Source: Piedraia hortae CBS 480.64 (Eukaryota). From it: a DNA stretch of 45,476 nucleotides. The stretch lies in the NCBI GenBank assembly GCA_010093745.1, contig MU006007.1, positions 62,001 to 107,476 on the forward strand. The letters are read 5' to 3'. The first letter of the stretch is position 1. The number at the start of each line of letters is the position of its first letter. Below, in pieces: positions 12,321-22,539 of the stretch. Below the pieces are notes generated by a model that ran no database searches, was not told the origin of the DNA, and saw nothing but the letters and a program-made list of their open reading frames with translations. A program made the translations under genes and the position numbers.

Positions 12321-13508
12321 CTACAGCTCGTCTCGAATGGGGGTGGGATGGATGCCTGTTTCGAGGAAACTGATTGCGGCGTTGAAATCGTCGGCGTTGA
12401 TCCAGTCGACCCCCGCTTCGGTTAGGGTCGACCAGGCTGAGTCGTCGACGTTCCAGAATCGTACCATTAAATCCTTCTCGTGGGCGGAGGCAACGACACG
12501 GTGGAGTTCTGCTTTGTGCTCGGATGAGAGTGGGAGCAGTTCGCCGAACATTTTCTTGTAGTTTCCTGATGTTGATAGGGAGACTAGACCGTGATTCTCG
12601 TCCTGGGCGAATGAAGGGAGGTCGAGTATAGGCACGTCGTAGAAAATTTCGCGGCCGTCCTTCCACGATAGGATGGATTTGTAGGGCACGCGGCCGGTTG
12701 CGATGACGGTGATGGCGCGGTAGACTATTTTGGTTCCGTTGAAGGAGGTCAGGTAGCCTCGTTGGTGCAGTGGATGTAGTTCTTCCCGTAGGGCGTCAAA
12801 GGTCTCGGGACCGGTGGATTTGAAGTCAATGACGAGGTAGACTGTTTCTTCCTTGCTGCGTTCGTGCTTCTTTTGGGCCTTTAAGACGTTTTTGTCTGGT
12901 AACTGTCCCAGTGTGTTTGTCTTGGTCTTTTCTTCGTCGCTGCTGCTGCTGCTGCTGCTGTCGCGTCTGTGCATTGCGGTCTTTGCTTTGTCGGCCAGGT
13001 TATGCGTGGCGGAGTGGTGAGCAGCGACGTCTTGATGAGCTGGAGCGTCCACCTTGCCGGCAGCAGGGACATCCGACTGAACAGGAACAGCAACATCCAC
13101 CTTACCAGCAGCAGGACCATCCCCCTCCCCAACAGTCTGACCAGCAGCATACACCCCAGCCGTCTCATCCCCCTCCACATACCCCTTCCTAGACGGATAA
13201 ACCCACCCACCCCCCCTCTCCAACACCTCGACCAACGGATCGACATACATGACCTTTAGCGTGCACTTCTTCGAAAGTGACCACTTCGAGTGTCCAACGA
13301 GTAAATCCTTTCCTGACAACCAAATGTCAGCCTCGATGCTCCGCGCGCCGGCGGCAAGGGCAGAGTAGAGCGGGATCTCGCGCGTGTAGTCATTATGCGA
13401 GTGGATTTGGCGCGCGACTTTGGAGATTTTGGGAATCGTCCCCGGCTTCGGGCTCGCGGGGCCTTCGGTTAGAGAGAGAGAGGTTGTGAGTTGGTGGAGG
13501 ATGTTCAT
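12321..13508 (-). CDS. Aim6-like PLC-like phosphodiesterase
   Basis: HSHNDY..PLYSAL..GARSIEADIWL..LLVGH, MYVDPL, LVIDFK, VRFW, GVDWINADD. Internal low-complexity insertion. Confidence 0.8.
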   Translation of the reverse strand: MNILHQLTTSLSLTEGPASPKPGTIPKISKVARQIHSHNDYTREIPLYSALAAGARSIEADIWLSGKDLLVGHSKWSLSKKCTLKVMYVDPLVEVLERGGGWVYPSRKGYVEGDETAGVYAAGQTVGEGDGPAAGKVDVAVPVQSDVPAAGKVDAPAHQDVAAHHSATHNLADKAKTAMHRRDSSSSSSSDEEKTKTNTLGQLPDKNVLKAQKKHERSKEETVYLVIDFKSTGPETFDALREELHPLHQRGYLTSFNGTKIVYRAITVIATGRVPYKSILSWKDGREIFYDVPILDLPSFAQDENHGLVSLSTSGNYKKMFGELLPLSSEHKAELHRVVASAHEKDLMVRFWNVDDSAWSTLTEAGVDWINADDFNAAISFLETGIHPTPIRDEL

Positions 13509-13735
13509 CTTTGTTTTTGAGAGGTGGAGGTGGTACAGGGTGGGGTATGGAGAGGGGGTTTGAGGGGTAAAGAGCCCCGCAGTGGGGTAGGTGGGGTGAT
13601 GTCATATTGCGAAGACGTCATCGCGGAAAAAGTGACAGTCCACAAAGCGACTCTACTAGCAGAGTACAGTGCAGAGCGTCCTACCACGATACAAAACAAA
13701 CCAAAAAATTCCCACAACGAAGTGTTCTGATAGTA

Positions 13736-14632
13736 ATGTCCACAATCTCCACAATCCCAAAAATCCTACTCGTCCTCTCCGGAAAGGGCGGCGTGGGCAA
13801 ATCATCAGTTGCTTCACAACTCGCCCTGACGCTCTACCTTCAGGGCCATACCGTGGGACTTTTGGATCTCGATTTAACGGGTCCTTCGATCCCACGAATC
13901 TTCGGACTCGAGGAAGCGAAAATCACGACGGATGATGCGGGGAAGTGGAGGCCTGTAGTTGTCTCTGGGGGGGAAACTGAGGGGGGAGATCACGGGGTTT
14001 CACGCAAAGGGACTCTCAATGGAGTTCACAAAGAACCCCCCGAAGGATTCTCCCCAAACACACCCAAAGTTCTTCCAAAACTACAGATAACCTCCCTAGC
14101 CCACCTCCTCCCTACCCGCTCGTCCGCCATAATCTGGCGCGGCCCCAAGAAATCCGCAATGATCAAACAATTCCTCACCGATGTCTCCTGGTCTTTGGAT
14201 ACCAAGTACCTCATAATCGACACACCCCCTGGCACAGGCGACGAACATATCTCCCTTCTCGAAAACCTCCAAATCCTAAGAAACAGACTTCAAGGCGTCT
14301 CTGCTGTGGTGGTAACAACCCCGCAGGAAGTGAGTATAATGGATGTCAAAAAGGAGATTAATTTCTGTAAGATGGCTGGGTTGGAGATTGGGGGTGTGGT
14401 TGAGAATATGAGTGGTTTTATCTGTCCGAATTGTGAGGAGTGTGAGGATTTGTTTGACAAGGGTGGGGGGGAGAGGTTAGCGGGGGAGGTGGGGTGTAAC
14501 TTTTTGGGGAGGGTGCCGGTTGAGGTTGAGTGGGGGGTTTTGACGGAGGAGGGGGGTGTAGTGGATGGGTTTAAAAAGTTGAGGTTGAGGAGGGTGTTTG
14601 AGGAGGTTGTGGGACGGTTGGGAATGGAATAG
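13736..14632 (+). CDS. CFD1: Cytosolic Fe-S cluster assembly factor Cfd1 (Mrp/NBP35 family P-loop NTPase)
   Basis: VLSGKGGVGKSSV, LDLDLTGPSIP, IIWRGPKK, IDTPPGTGDEH, VTTPQ, VENMSGFICPNC. No N-terminal 4-Cys extension of Nbp35. Confidence 0.9.
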   Translation: MSTISTIPKILLVLSGKGGVGKSSVASQLALTLYLQGHTVGLLDLDLTGPSIPRIFGLEEAKITTDDAGKWRPVVVSGGETEGGDHGVSRKGTLNGVHKEPPEGFSPNTPKVLPKLQITSLAHLLPTRSSAIIWRGPKKSAMIKQFLTDVSWSLDTKYLIIDTPPGTGDEHISLLENLQILRNRLQGVSAVVVTTPQEVSIMDVKKEINFCKMAGLEIGGVVENMSGFICPNCEECEDLFDKGGGERLAGEVGCNFLGRVPVEVEWGVLTEEGGVVDGFKKLRLRRVFEEVVGRLGME

Positions 14633-14770
14633 AGATGGAGTGGGGGGTGGGGGAGGTGGGGAAATATGTATGATGGGAGAGTGGGTTTAGGTTTAAAGTG
14701 CGACAAGCACAACATTTTCTTCTATTCTGCCAGTTCTTCATTCTAACCACCTAAACACTGTATCCCCAAC

Positions 14771-17704
14771 TCACAACTTCGCACTCTCCCCCTCAAACTC
14801 CTCAACGGGTGTTACCGGAACAACAGCCCTACTCAACCCCATCCTCGCCTTGAAACCCCTGGGACTCTCAACCCTCTCAAACCCCGCGAAGCATCCCTCC
14901 TCCTCCTCCAGGCCCTCCTTCGCCTGCAACGCAACAACCAACCTCCCCCTCGCACCCAAAACCTCCTCCCTCCAAAAATCCCTCACATCCTGCAGTCCCA
15001 ACTCCCCAACCCCCTCAACATCATGTCTCACAAGCCCAAACTCAAACTTCTCGGAGGCAATATGTCCCCAAAGGCGTTGATTCTCCTCCCTCAAATTCCT
15101 CAATCTCTCAAGTAGCTTAACCCTATACCCCTCCCTCATTCCCGCAAACGTCTCCTCGCCCAACTCCCCAAGAAACCCCCCAAAACTCCCCAGAAAAGCC
15201 TCCACCCTCTGACAGAGGAACGCACACGACCGTTCACTCTGCACGACAAACCTAATTCCTGCAATCGTCTTCCCAAAAACCGCGCCAGAGAGGACAACGT
15301 ATCCCAACTGCTCCTTCGTCCTCAGGGTGTCGAATGCGGGCTCTTTGAGCATCTGCGCTGTCAGCAGCACCAGGGCTCGCTTGCGGGGGGGGATGTTACA
15401 TCCAAAAAAGAGGGTGTACGAGATGCAGTTGTTGATATTCTCCCTGTCGGCCAGGAGGCGGGTGTAGACGTGGTTTCCGACCACGTCGATGGAGCGGAGG
15501 GGGGGCCATTGTGCTGGTGGGTAAGGGTGTGGTTGCAAGCCGTCCTCGACGGTGCGGGAGAGGAGGAGGGCCTCGCGCGCAGTGAGGTTACCGTGCGCGA
15601 GGATTTCGATGTGGAGTTGTTCCAAGAGCTGGGGGGTGAAGAGGCGGAGGGTTGACGGGGTGACATGGGGCAGTTCGGAGAGGTAATCCTCGTTTGTCCA
15701 GGTTCGTTCGATTAGGAGGGAGCGGGTATATGTGTTGAGTTGATGGTAAGGTTCTTGGAAGAAGAAGTTTTTGGTGCTGCGAAGGAGGCGTTCTAGGATC
15801 ACGGTGAAGCGGTCTTCGCGGATAGTGAGGTTTCTCATGGAGTGGATGACTTTTGTGAGGAGGACGGGGATCTTGTCGTTGTACCCGCCGATTTCGATTT
15901 GGAGGCCTTTACTGCTCGTGTGGTAGAGGGTGTATTCCAACCCCGCCACGTCGGCGTCGTAGGAGTAGGTGGATAGACTGTCTGTTACGAGTTCGCAGTA
16001 GAGGTCTGTAAGGATGGAGGTGAAGGGGGTTGTGTCTGTTAATGGGCTGCGGAGGCAAATGTTGATGATTGCTTTGGGGACCCAGAATTGGTCGTCTTTT
16101 TTGTGCCAGACTCGGATGTTGGTTTCGTTGCGGATGAGGGTGGGGGCTTCGGCGGGGGTTGCGACTTCTCTTTTTTCTACATCGAGACGTTGAGGGATGA
16201 ATTCGTTGGGAGCCGGGAGGTGAAGGTCCGCTGGACGAGAACCCTTCATTGCGTCTTCTAGCTGGGACATGAATTCGTCGGAGATCTTCTCGCATCTGTA
16301 CTCGGTTCCGTACCATTTTTCTCTGGAATTTGTCGGCAGGTCTTTGTGTCGTACGTATAGACGGAGTTTAGACGGCACGATGCACTCCATTCCGCGGGTG
16401 ATGAGCTCTGGGTCGAAACGACGAAGGACGCTCCCTCCACTCAACAGCCACTCTCGCGGATAAGGCTTCTGCATCACCTCCGCCAGCATGCCAACCGTGG
16501 CAGATGCCTGAATCTTCTGCTTGAACTTGAACTGGATCTCGCTCAACTTCTTCAGCTCCTCCGCTATCCATTCCTGAGGCGGCTTCTCATTCAACATGCC
16601 TATGTATTGGAAAAAAGCCTTGACAACCTGCCTCCACTCCTTCATCCCCATATCCGTGAGGCTGATATAGGTGAAAAACATGCCCGTGCCGGGACACAAG
16701 TCTGATGCATGGCAGGCGAGTTCGCTCGCCCAGCCCTTTTCCTTCAAGTAAGCGAGCAGACTGCCCGGTCCTTCGTGTCCAACAAGATGAGAAATATAAT
16801 GTCCCGGCTGGCTCTCGTACAGGTTCTCCTGATCGATGAATTCAAACTGGAACCTCAAATCCTGCTTGTCCATGATAGGCTTCACGTTAACAACAGTAGG
16901 CACCTCATCCTTGTCATAGATGAGCATATTATCCCACCTCAACTTCGGCAAGTTCTTATTCTTCACATTAGAAAAGAGCTCTTCCGTCCACTTCTGCAGC
17001 TCATCCAGACTCTCCCTACCCAACACAGCCAATTTCATCCTATTAGCCGAATAATGCGTCTGGTAGAAGTTAATAAACTCATCCCGGATGACCACACCCC
17101 GACTGATGGGCTCATCATGCAGGACGTGATAATTCCCCGTCCCAAACTTATGCAGCGGATGCTGCTTGCTCGAAAGGCTCCTATCAAGCTGGTTCATCCT
17201 CCACCTATCAACCTGTAGATTCTTCTTATTTTCCGAATCAACCGCTCTCAGCTCGCGATCCAGCGTATCCTCCAAAAACAACGGCTCGATAAAAAACTGC
17301 GCGAACCTGTCAAGGGCACCATAAAACGGCGAGCCCTGCTCCGCCGATGTCGCGTTTACTTCAAAGAAGAAGTTTGTCGAGCACATTGAGGTCCCGGCGT
17401 TGGAGTATCCGCCGTTCTGCTGCAGGTATTGGTCGTAGCTGTTCTCGACGGGGAACTTTTTTGTTCCCATGAAGAGCGCGTGTTCGACCGCGTGCGCCAT
17501 GCCAGGCATATCGTCTGGGTCACTGGCACTGCCTACGCCGACGCTCATGGCCGCCGCCGCAGAGTCGGTTTCCGCATCATGGACGAGCAGGACTTCCATC
17601 TCGTTCGGCAGACGGATAACACGGTACTTGCGGTTGTCCAACAGAGGCTTCTCCAGCACGTTGGCGAGACATTCTACCTGTTTGGGGCCGACGTCGCGCT
17701 GCAT
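14771..17704 (-). CDS. STE23: M16A insulysin / a-factor-processing metalloprotease (Ste23/IDE), 977 aa
   Basis: Inverted zincin HAVEH..FMGTKKFP..GGYSNA, RELRAVDSE, GHEGPGSL, FDTLRTKEQLGYVV; C-terminal AKL. Confidence 0.9.
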   Translation of the reverse strand: MQRDVGPKQVECLANVLEKPLLDNRKYRVIRLPNEMEVLLVHDAETDSAAAAMSVGVGSASDPDDMPGMAHAVEHALFMGTKKFPVENSYDQYLQQNGGYSNAGTSMCSTNFFFEVNATSAEQGSPFYGALDRFAQFFIEPLFLEDTLDRELRAVDSENKKNLQVDRWRMNQLDRSLSSKQHPLHKFGTGNYHVLHDEPISRGVVIRDEFINFYQTHYSANRMKLAVLGRESLDELQKWTEELFSNVKNKNLPKLRWDNMLIYDKDEVPTVVNVKPIMDKQDLRFQFEFIDQENLYESQPGHYISHLVGHEGPGSLLAYLKEKGWASELACHASDLCPGTGMFFTYISLTDMGMKEWRQVVKAFFQYIGMLNEKPPQEWIAEELKKLSEIQFKFKQKIQASATVGMLAEVMQKPYPREWLLSGGSVLRRFDPELITRGMECIVPSKLRLYVRHKDLPTNSREKWYGTEYRCEKISDEFMSQLEDAMKGSRPADLHLPAPNEFIPQRLDVEKREVATPAEAPTLIRNETNIRVWHKKDDQFWVPKAIINICLRSPLTDTTPFTSILTDLYCELVTDSLSTYSYDADVAGLEYTLYHTSSKGLQIEIGGYNDKIPVLLTKVIHSMRNLTIREDRFTVILERLLRSTKNFFFQEPYHQLNTYTRSLLIERTWTNEDYLSELPHVTPSTLRLFTPQLLEQLHIEILAHGNLTAREALLLSRTVEDGLQPHPYPPAQWPPLRSIDVVGNHVYTRLLADRENINNCISYTLFFGCNIPPRKRALVLLTAQMLKEPAFDTLRTKEQLGYVVLSGAVFGKTIAGIRFVVQSERSCAFLCQRVEAFLGSFGGFLGELGEETFAGMREGYRVKLLERLRNLREENQRLWGHIASEKFEFGLVRHDVEGVGELGLQDVRDFWREEVLGARGRLVVALQAKEGLEEEEGCFAGFERVESPRGFKARMGLSRAVVPVTPVEEFEGESAKL

Positions 17705-17738
17705 AATGCTGCAGTTTAAAGGTTAGGCTGCAGCTGCC

Positions 17739-17778
17739 GGGGGGGGGGAGGGGGGGGGAAGGGGGAAGGAGAGGGAGG
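17739..17778 (+). other. G-run cluster (potential G-quadruplex) 35 bp upstream of STE23
   Basis: G10-A-G9-AA-G5-AAGGAGA-G3 on the + strand. Confidence 0.5.
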
Positions 17779-17958
17779 TTTTGTAGGAGGAAGTCTGGCG
17801 TGCGTCACTGCTATTGGTTGGGTGGAATCACCGAAGGGAGGGAATTGTGGCTTCCTATAGGCTGTGTATAACGATACATGTAGGTACCCTTGTTCCGGTA
17901 CCAGAAAGGGAAGGTACTAGTGAAAAATTTGCGTAAAAGGGGTATCTCTACAAACGCT

Positions 17959-19071
17959 TTATCTAAAGATCCGTCTGCCACGCGTGCGAGGAGCAGTGTT
18001 TTGTTTACCACCGAGACTTAGACCAGTAAACCCGACAGTTCCGCCCCCGGGACCGCCACACCGCTTTTTATACCGCCGCAGAGCTTCGCGAAGGTGGTCT
18101 GGTAGCAGCGGACCGCAGTGCTGTTCCTCGATATCCTTTGAGAGGTCCTTAATAGGTGCATCCTCTTCCCCTGCTTCATCTGAACGTTTCTGCTTCTTAG
18201 TTCCAGGCTCATCAGCGTGCGCTTCCTCCCACCTCTCGCTGGCACGCTTCAGCCGGTTATACGCCGGGTTCTCTGATCCATCAGCCCTCTTGGGCTCCAC
18301 AGCAAGTCTCTCCAGCTGCACCGTCTTTGCATCTTCGATAATTTGCGCGGCAAACGCCTTAGTAAAGGACGTCATAGCCATAACCACCGAACCAGGCACG
18401 CTCTGGCCAAGCACCTGATTCACGAGCCGCCGCAAGTCGTTCTTGTTAAGCTTAGCTTGACCGTAACTCGTATACCGCTCTCGATGATCATCACATCGCG
18501 CGCCCAAGTAAAACGTATTCTTCCGCATCTTGTACTCTTCCATCTCCTCGTTTGTCATCTGCCCTCCCTCATAAATCGGTACACGCTTCCCCTTGGCGTC
18601 CGTCTCGCCAACTTCGTCATCTTCATCATCATCATCCTGCCCGTCCTCTTCTTGCCCGGCCTTGGCCTTCCCACCATCGTCAACCACGCTCCCTGGCCTC
18701 GTGCCCGCATTCTTAGCCGGTCGGCCTCTAGGTCGTCCTGGTTTGCGTTTCTTCTTTCCGCCGACAACGCCCACCTCCTCTACGCCCGCCGGCCCACTAA
18801 TCGTCGATTGAACCTCGATATCCGAGCCGAGATCATCGTCCCCTCCCTCATCCAACCACCCAACAGCCGGGGAAAACTGTCGCTCAGATGCATCCGACGG
18901 GGGGAAGGAGGTCTGGCGGAGGGGGTGGGAGAACGAACTAGCCGTCGTGATGGACGGCTTGCGCGGTACGTGTGCTGCGGCTTTGGCATTAGGCAGCGAG
19001 AGACCTGTACGCTGACGCGGTAGAGCCAACGAGGGGATAGATGTAGGGGTGGACGGTGGGGGCGACGCCAT
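17959..19071 (-). CDS. TAF11: TFIID subunit 11 (histone fold) with AT-hook-like motif
   Basis: RERYTSY..KLNKNDLRRLVNQVLGQSVP..TKAFAAQIIEDA and GPLLPDHLREALRRY; N-terminal HPLRQTSFPP; KPGRPRGRP. Confidence 0.85.
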   Translation of the reverse strand: MASPPPSTPTSIPSLALPRQRTGLSLPNAKAAAHVPRKPSITTASSFSHPLRQTSFPPSDASERQFSPAVGWLDEGGDDDLGSDIEVQSTISGPAGVEEVGVVGGKKKRKPGRPRGRPAKNAGTRPGSVVDDGGKAKAGQEEDGQDDDDEDDEVGETDAKGKRVPIYEGGQMTNEEMEEYKMRKNTFYLGARCDDHRERYTSYGQAKLNKNDLRRLVNQVLGQSVPGSVVMAMTSFTKAFAAQIIEDAKTVQLERLAVEPKRADGSENPAYNRLKRASERWEEAHADEPGTKKQKRSDEAGEEDAPIKDLSKDIEEQHCGPLLPDHLREALRRYKKRCGGPGGGTVGFTGLSLGGKQNTAPRTRGRRIFR

Positions 19072-19218
19072 TATCTGCCTGCCGACTTGTTTGCGCAATC
19101 AAGCAAAAAGACGAAGCTCACACAATGTCACATGTCACATGTCACATCGCGTTACCGCGATGACGTAACAGACGGGAAAAAAAAAGGTTGCTATGCTAGT
19201 GTCACAGCAGCAGCCAAA

Positions 19219-19812
19219 ATGAAGGCGCTCTCAGGCGACGCCTTCTACGACCACAACAACACCGGTCCTCGGGCAAGTTATAGCATCCCCGATGGCGGGA
19301 CATTTAGCATATACAGCGAGACGCTCATTCGGGCCCCTCCGCAGGCCGTCTACGATGCTATTCTCGATATCCAGAACTGGAAGGGATGGAACTCTTTTGT
19401 ATATGATGTTCAGATAAATGCCCATCCAAATGCACACGATGCGAACTTGAGGATGCGCGATGGCGTTAACATGACGTTTTTTACGCAGCTTAATGCTAAT
19501 GAGAAGTCCAAATCGAAGGAGACTTGCACTTGGGTTGATGGAGTGCAGACGAGAAAGGATGGTAAACAGCCGTTTGTGACGCGTATTAGATGGGATTTGC
19601 ATAATGCTGGCGCTATGATTCCCTCTTTCGTTCTGCGCGCTCAGCGGACAAACGAGATTGAGGAGCTGGAAGACAGCACGACAATGTACCGTACCTGGGA
19701 GACGTTTGGGGGTCTGGCTGCCGCTGTTGTCAAGTGGAAGTATGAACAGGATCTAAAGGATCGGTTCGATGATTGGTGCAGAGACTTGAAGAAGCATGTG
19801 GAGAAAGAGTGA
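19219..19812 (+). CDS. SRPBCC/START-like (polyketide cyclase/dehydrase family) protein
   Basis: ETLIRAPPQAVYDAILDIQNWKGWNSFV N-terminal pattern; YRTWETFGGLAA..DLKDRFDDWCRDLKKHVE C-terminal helix. Confidence 0.7.
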   Translation: MKALSGDAFYDHNNTGPRASYSIPDGGTFSIYSETLIRAPPQAVYDAILDIQNWKGWNSFVYDVQINAHPNAHDANLRMRDGVNMTFFTQLNANEKSKSKETCTWVDGVQTRKDGKQPFVTRIRWDLHNAGAMIPSFVLRAQRTNEIEELEDSTTMYRTWETFGGLAAAVVKWKYEQDLKDRFDDWCRDLKKHVEKE

Positions 19813-19918
19813 CGTTGTAATGGCAATTAGGAACCTACTGTTAATAACACACCTAGACTGGAAAAGTGACATAGGATGAATCCACGGAACAAACGTAATA
19901 CGTACGGACTACGCTCTT

Positions 19919-21131
19919 CTAATTTTCATGCAACACAGCAGGGAACTGCTTGCTTCCCGCTTCAGGCTTGCCGCTCTCTGCCTTGACATGACCCAGTCCC
20001 TGCTTCTTGTACGCAGTCGCATAAGGATTAAGACGCAGCATAACCTGCATGTTGCGCAGTGGATTCTTCTTCTGAACGACCGTACGCTTAGTAACCGCAC
20101 CAGCCTTGACAGGACGCAGAACGCTTTGCACTTCTGAGCTGTTGATAAGCTTGGCAATATCAGCCTGCGAGACCAGGTTGGACGGGAGCAGGTAGTCCTT
20201 CTTTAGCTCGCTGGCCTCGCTAGTGCTGCCGTAGATTTTGTCGAGAGCCGCAAAAGCAGCCGAAGACCAGATGATGAAGCGGCCGAGGTGACCACCGGGC
20301 GCGAGCTGCAGCAAGTTCAGGGCGTATACGGGGCAGGTCTCAACGCCGGGGATGTTGCGGAAGGCATATACCAGCTCCTTGCCATCCTCCTCGGGATCGT
20401 ACACGACCAAGGGGCCGCGACGTTGCGTATGGCGCCTGCCCCTCATCTTTCCCTTGCCCGCACGCACCTTGCGCGTAGTCTTGACTTTGGCAAGTTCGGG
20501 TCCAGCACCCACAGCCTCGAGCAATGAGATAGCCTTTTGCGTCTTGGCAATCGAGCCCTTGGCGAAAGCCTGGGAAGAGACGACAAGGGGCACCTCAGGC
20601 ACCTCGTTGATGCGGTGGCCACGAGCCATGAGAAGAGCAGCCGACGAGGAAGCCGCGATGGCGGAGCAAGTCGCAAAACGCTTCTGGTTGAGGTTGATCT
20701 TCTGATGCCACTTGCGCCAGACCTTGGTCGGCGCGAACATGCGTCCAGAGCGACACTGGTTACCGAACGCTGCCTGTCCAGCACGATGCGTACCACCACC
20801 AGACACACGGGGGATACGTGCAACGGCACGACCTAGCTTTGTAAGTGCATGTTCGAGCCCTCTCCTTTTCATGAAAACATACCGGTGCCCCAGGACTCGG
20901 CGCTGGTCTGGTGACCGGCCTTTTCGCTTACGGCATAGGGCTGGCGCTTGTTCTTTGCCATTCCCGTGTGCACCGCCCTGTCGAGGGTCAGTACCTTTGC
21001 TGGCCATTCTGTCAAATATCGTACTGAACAATGTCCGGGCGGATTGGGGCGTTGAACACCCTGGGGAGCGGGGTGCTGTCTTTGCCAGGCTTGCCATCGG
21101 CTCCGTGGATGGTGACAGTAGGTCGCGACAT
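19919..21131 (-). CDS. RPL4: 60S ribosomal protein L4 (uL4), ~371 aa
   Basis: Exons 21131-21025, 20977-20883, 20832-19919. [59 protein letters not shown]. Confidence 0.97.
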
Positions 21132-21314
21132 GTTGGGCGTTGGAGTCGTGGTCGTGCTGCAGAATTGCGGTGCGGGTTTGCCAAGACTTGGCCCCGATCA
21201 GCTTGCGGAACGGTTCCGCGCTACCACTTCACATGGAGGAGTCCTTGTCAAGAGACTGATATTATTATTGATGGCATTAGCTAATTGCAATATCCAGTTC
21301 TCTTCAAAGACCTT

Positions 21315-22539
21315 TTAAGTGCCACCTTTCTTTCCCATTAAGCTAAACTCATATCTCGCCTCAAGCACATACTGCTCATCTCCTGGACCGTAAATCTGCT
21401 TGCGACCCCATTCGGGATGGTTAATACCATCGATCCAATCCTGCACTTCCATGACTATGCAACCATGATCTTTCACCACGCGTGGCCTCGAGGAATCTTG
21501 GAAAAAGCCCTGCGTCTCCTTTAACGCTAAGCCGCCTTGCAAATTATTGCAAGTGTACACTTGGAAAGCGCCTTGATTTGTTGAGACCTCGACCTTGATC
21601 CCCGAGTAGGGGCTTGATAGAATCGCATCTGGGGTGGGTTTTTGGGGTGGAGGACGGTTGAAGATGTAGCAATTGTCATATCCCGTGCACCCCGATCCGC
21701 ATTGTCCCGCAAGTGCAGGATTGGAGAAGTTGGCGCCCAAACGCTTGGGAGATGACCACCAGTCGTGTAGACCGCCAGCTTCGTTGTGGAGGATATTTCC
21801 TGTTGGTATCAGAATCGAATCGACTTCTGTGCGGAGACCTGCGAATGGAAGATGCAAGGTGTGGTCCAGGGCAAGAGGGGTGTCGGGGTTCTGGAAGCCA
21901 TCGAGGTTCCAGTAGGTGTGAGAGCTGAGCATGAGGGGGGTTTTCTTGGTCAATGCCGCTGCTGTCATGCGAAGGTGCCATTGGTAAGGTGTGACGAAAT
22001 ACGTTACGTTGGCGACGACTTCGCCCGGAAATCCCTCCTTGCCATCGGGGTCGGTAAGACTAAAGGTTATCGAATCTTGACTGTATGCCACCACAGTCCA
22101 ATTTCGATAATCCCAGCCGTCTCTCCCACCGTGTAGCGTATCCTTCCCATTTTCGTTGAGATCGGTATGATATTCCACTCCGTCTATCTTGAACGTTCCA
22201 TTCTTGATCCTATAAAGTCAGCATAATCACCTCCACACAACGTAGCGAAACTAACCGATTAGCATACCGTCCCGGCACGCCGTTCAAATGAGGATGAAAA
22301 GCCGATTCGGAGTAGAAAGACGCATTATCATATCCCAAAACAACATCTCTTTCAACACCATGAACGTCGCGGATGAAGAGATTTGTTAAACTCGCACCAT
22401 ATGGAATGAACTGCGCTCGAATGCCTTGGCTTACGAGTTCGTATTTCCCGCTGGGCAAGGGGCCTTTAGAATCCAACGCAGCGGTCTGCGTCAATAGGAT
22501 AGCTGCTGTAACCGCACTCGCCCACATTTTGGTAGACAT
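21315..22539 (-). CDS. Secreted aldose 1-epimerase (galactose mutarotase-like), ~392 aa
   Basis: Signal-like N-terminus. Intron 22255-22210 gives GRYANRIKNG; TLHGG..GWD, GFPGEV, HTYWNLDG, YDNC, QVYTCN. Confidence 0.88.

Noticed and set aside
13607..13735. N-terminal extension making the gene NBP35
   Set aside because: The extension lacks the four-Cys ferredoxin-like motif and has no ATG start; ATG 13736 fits Cfd1.
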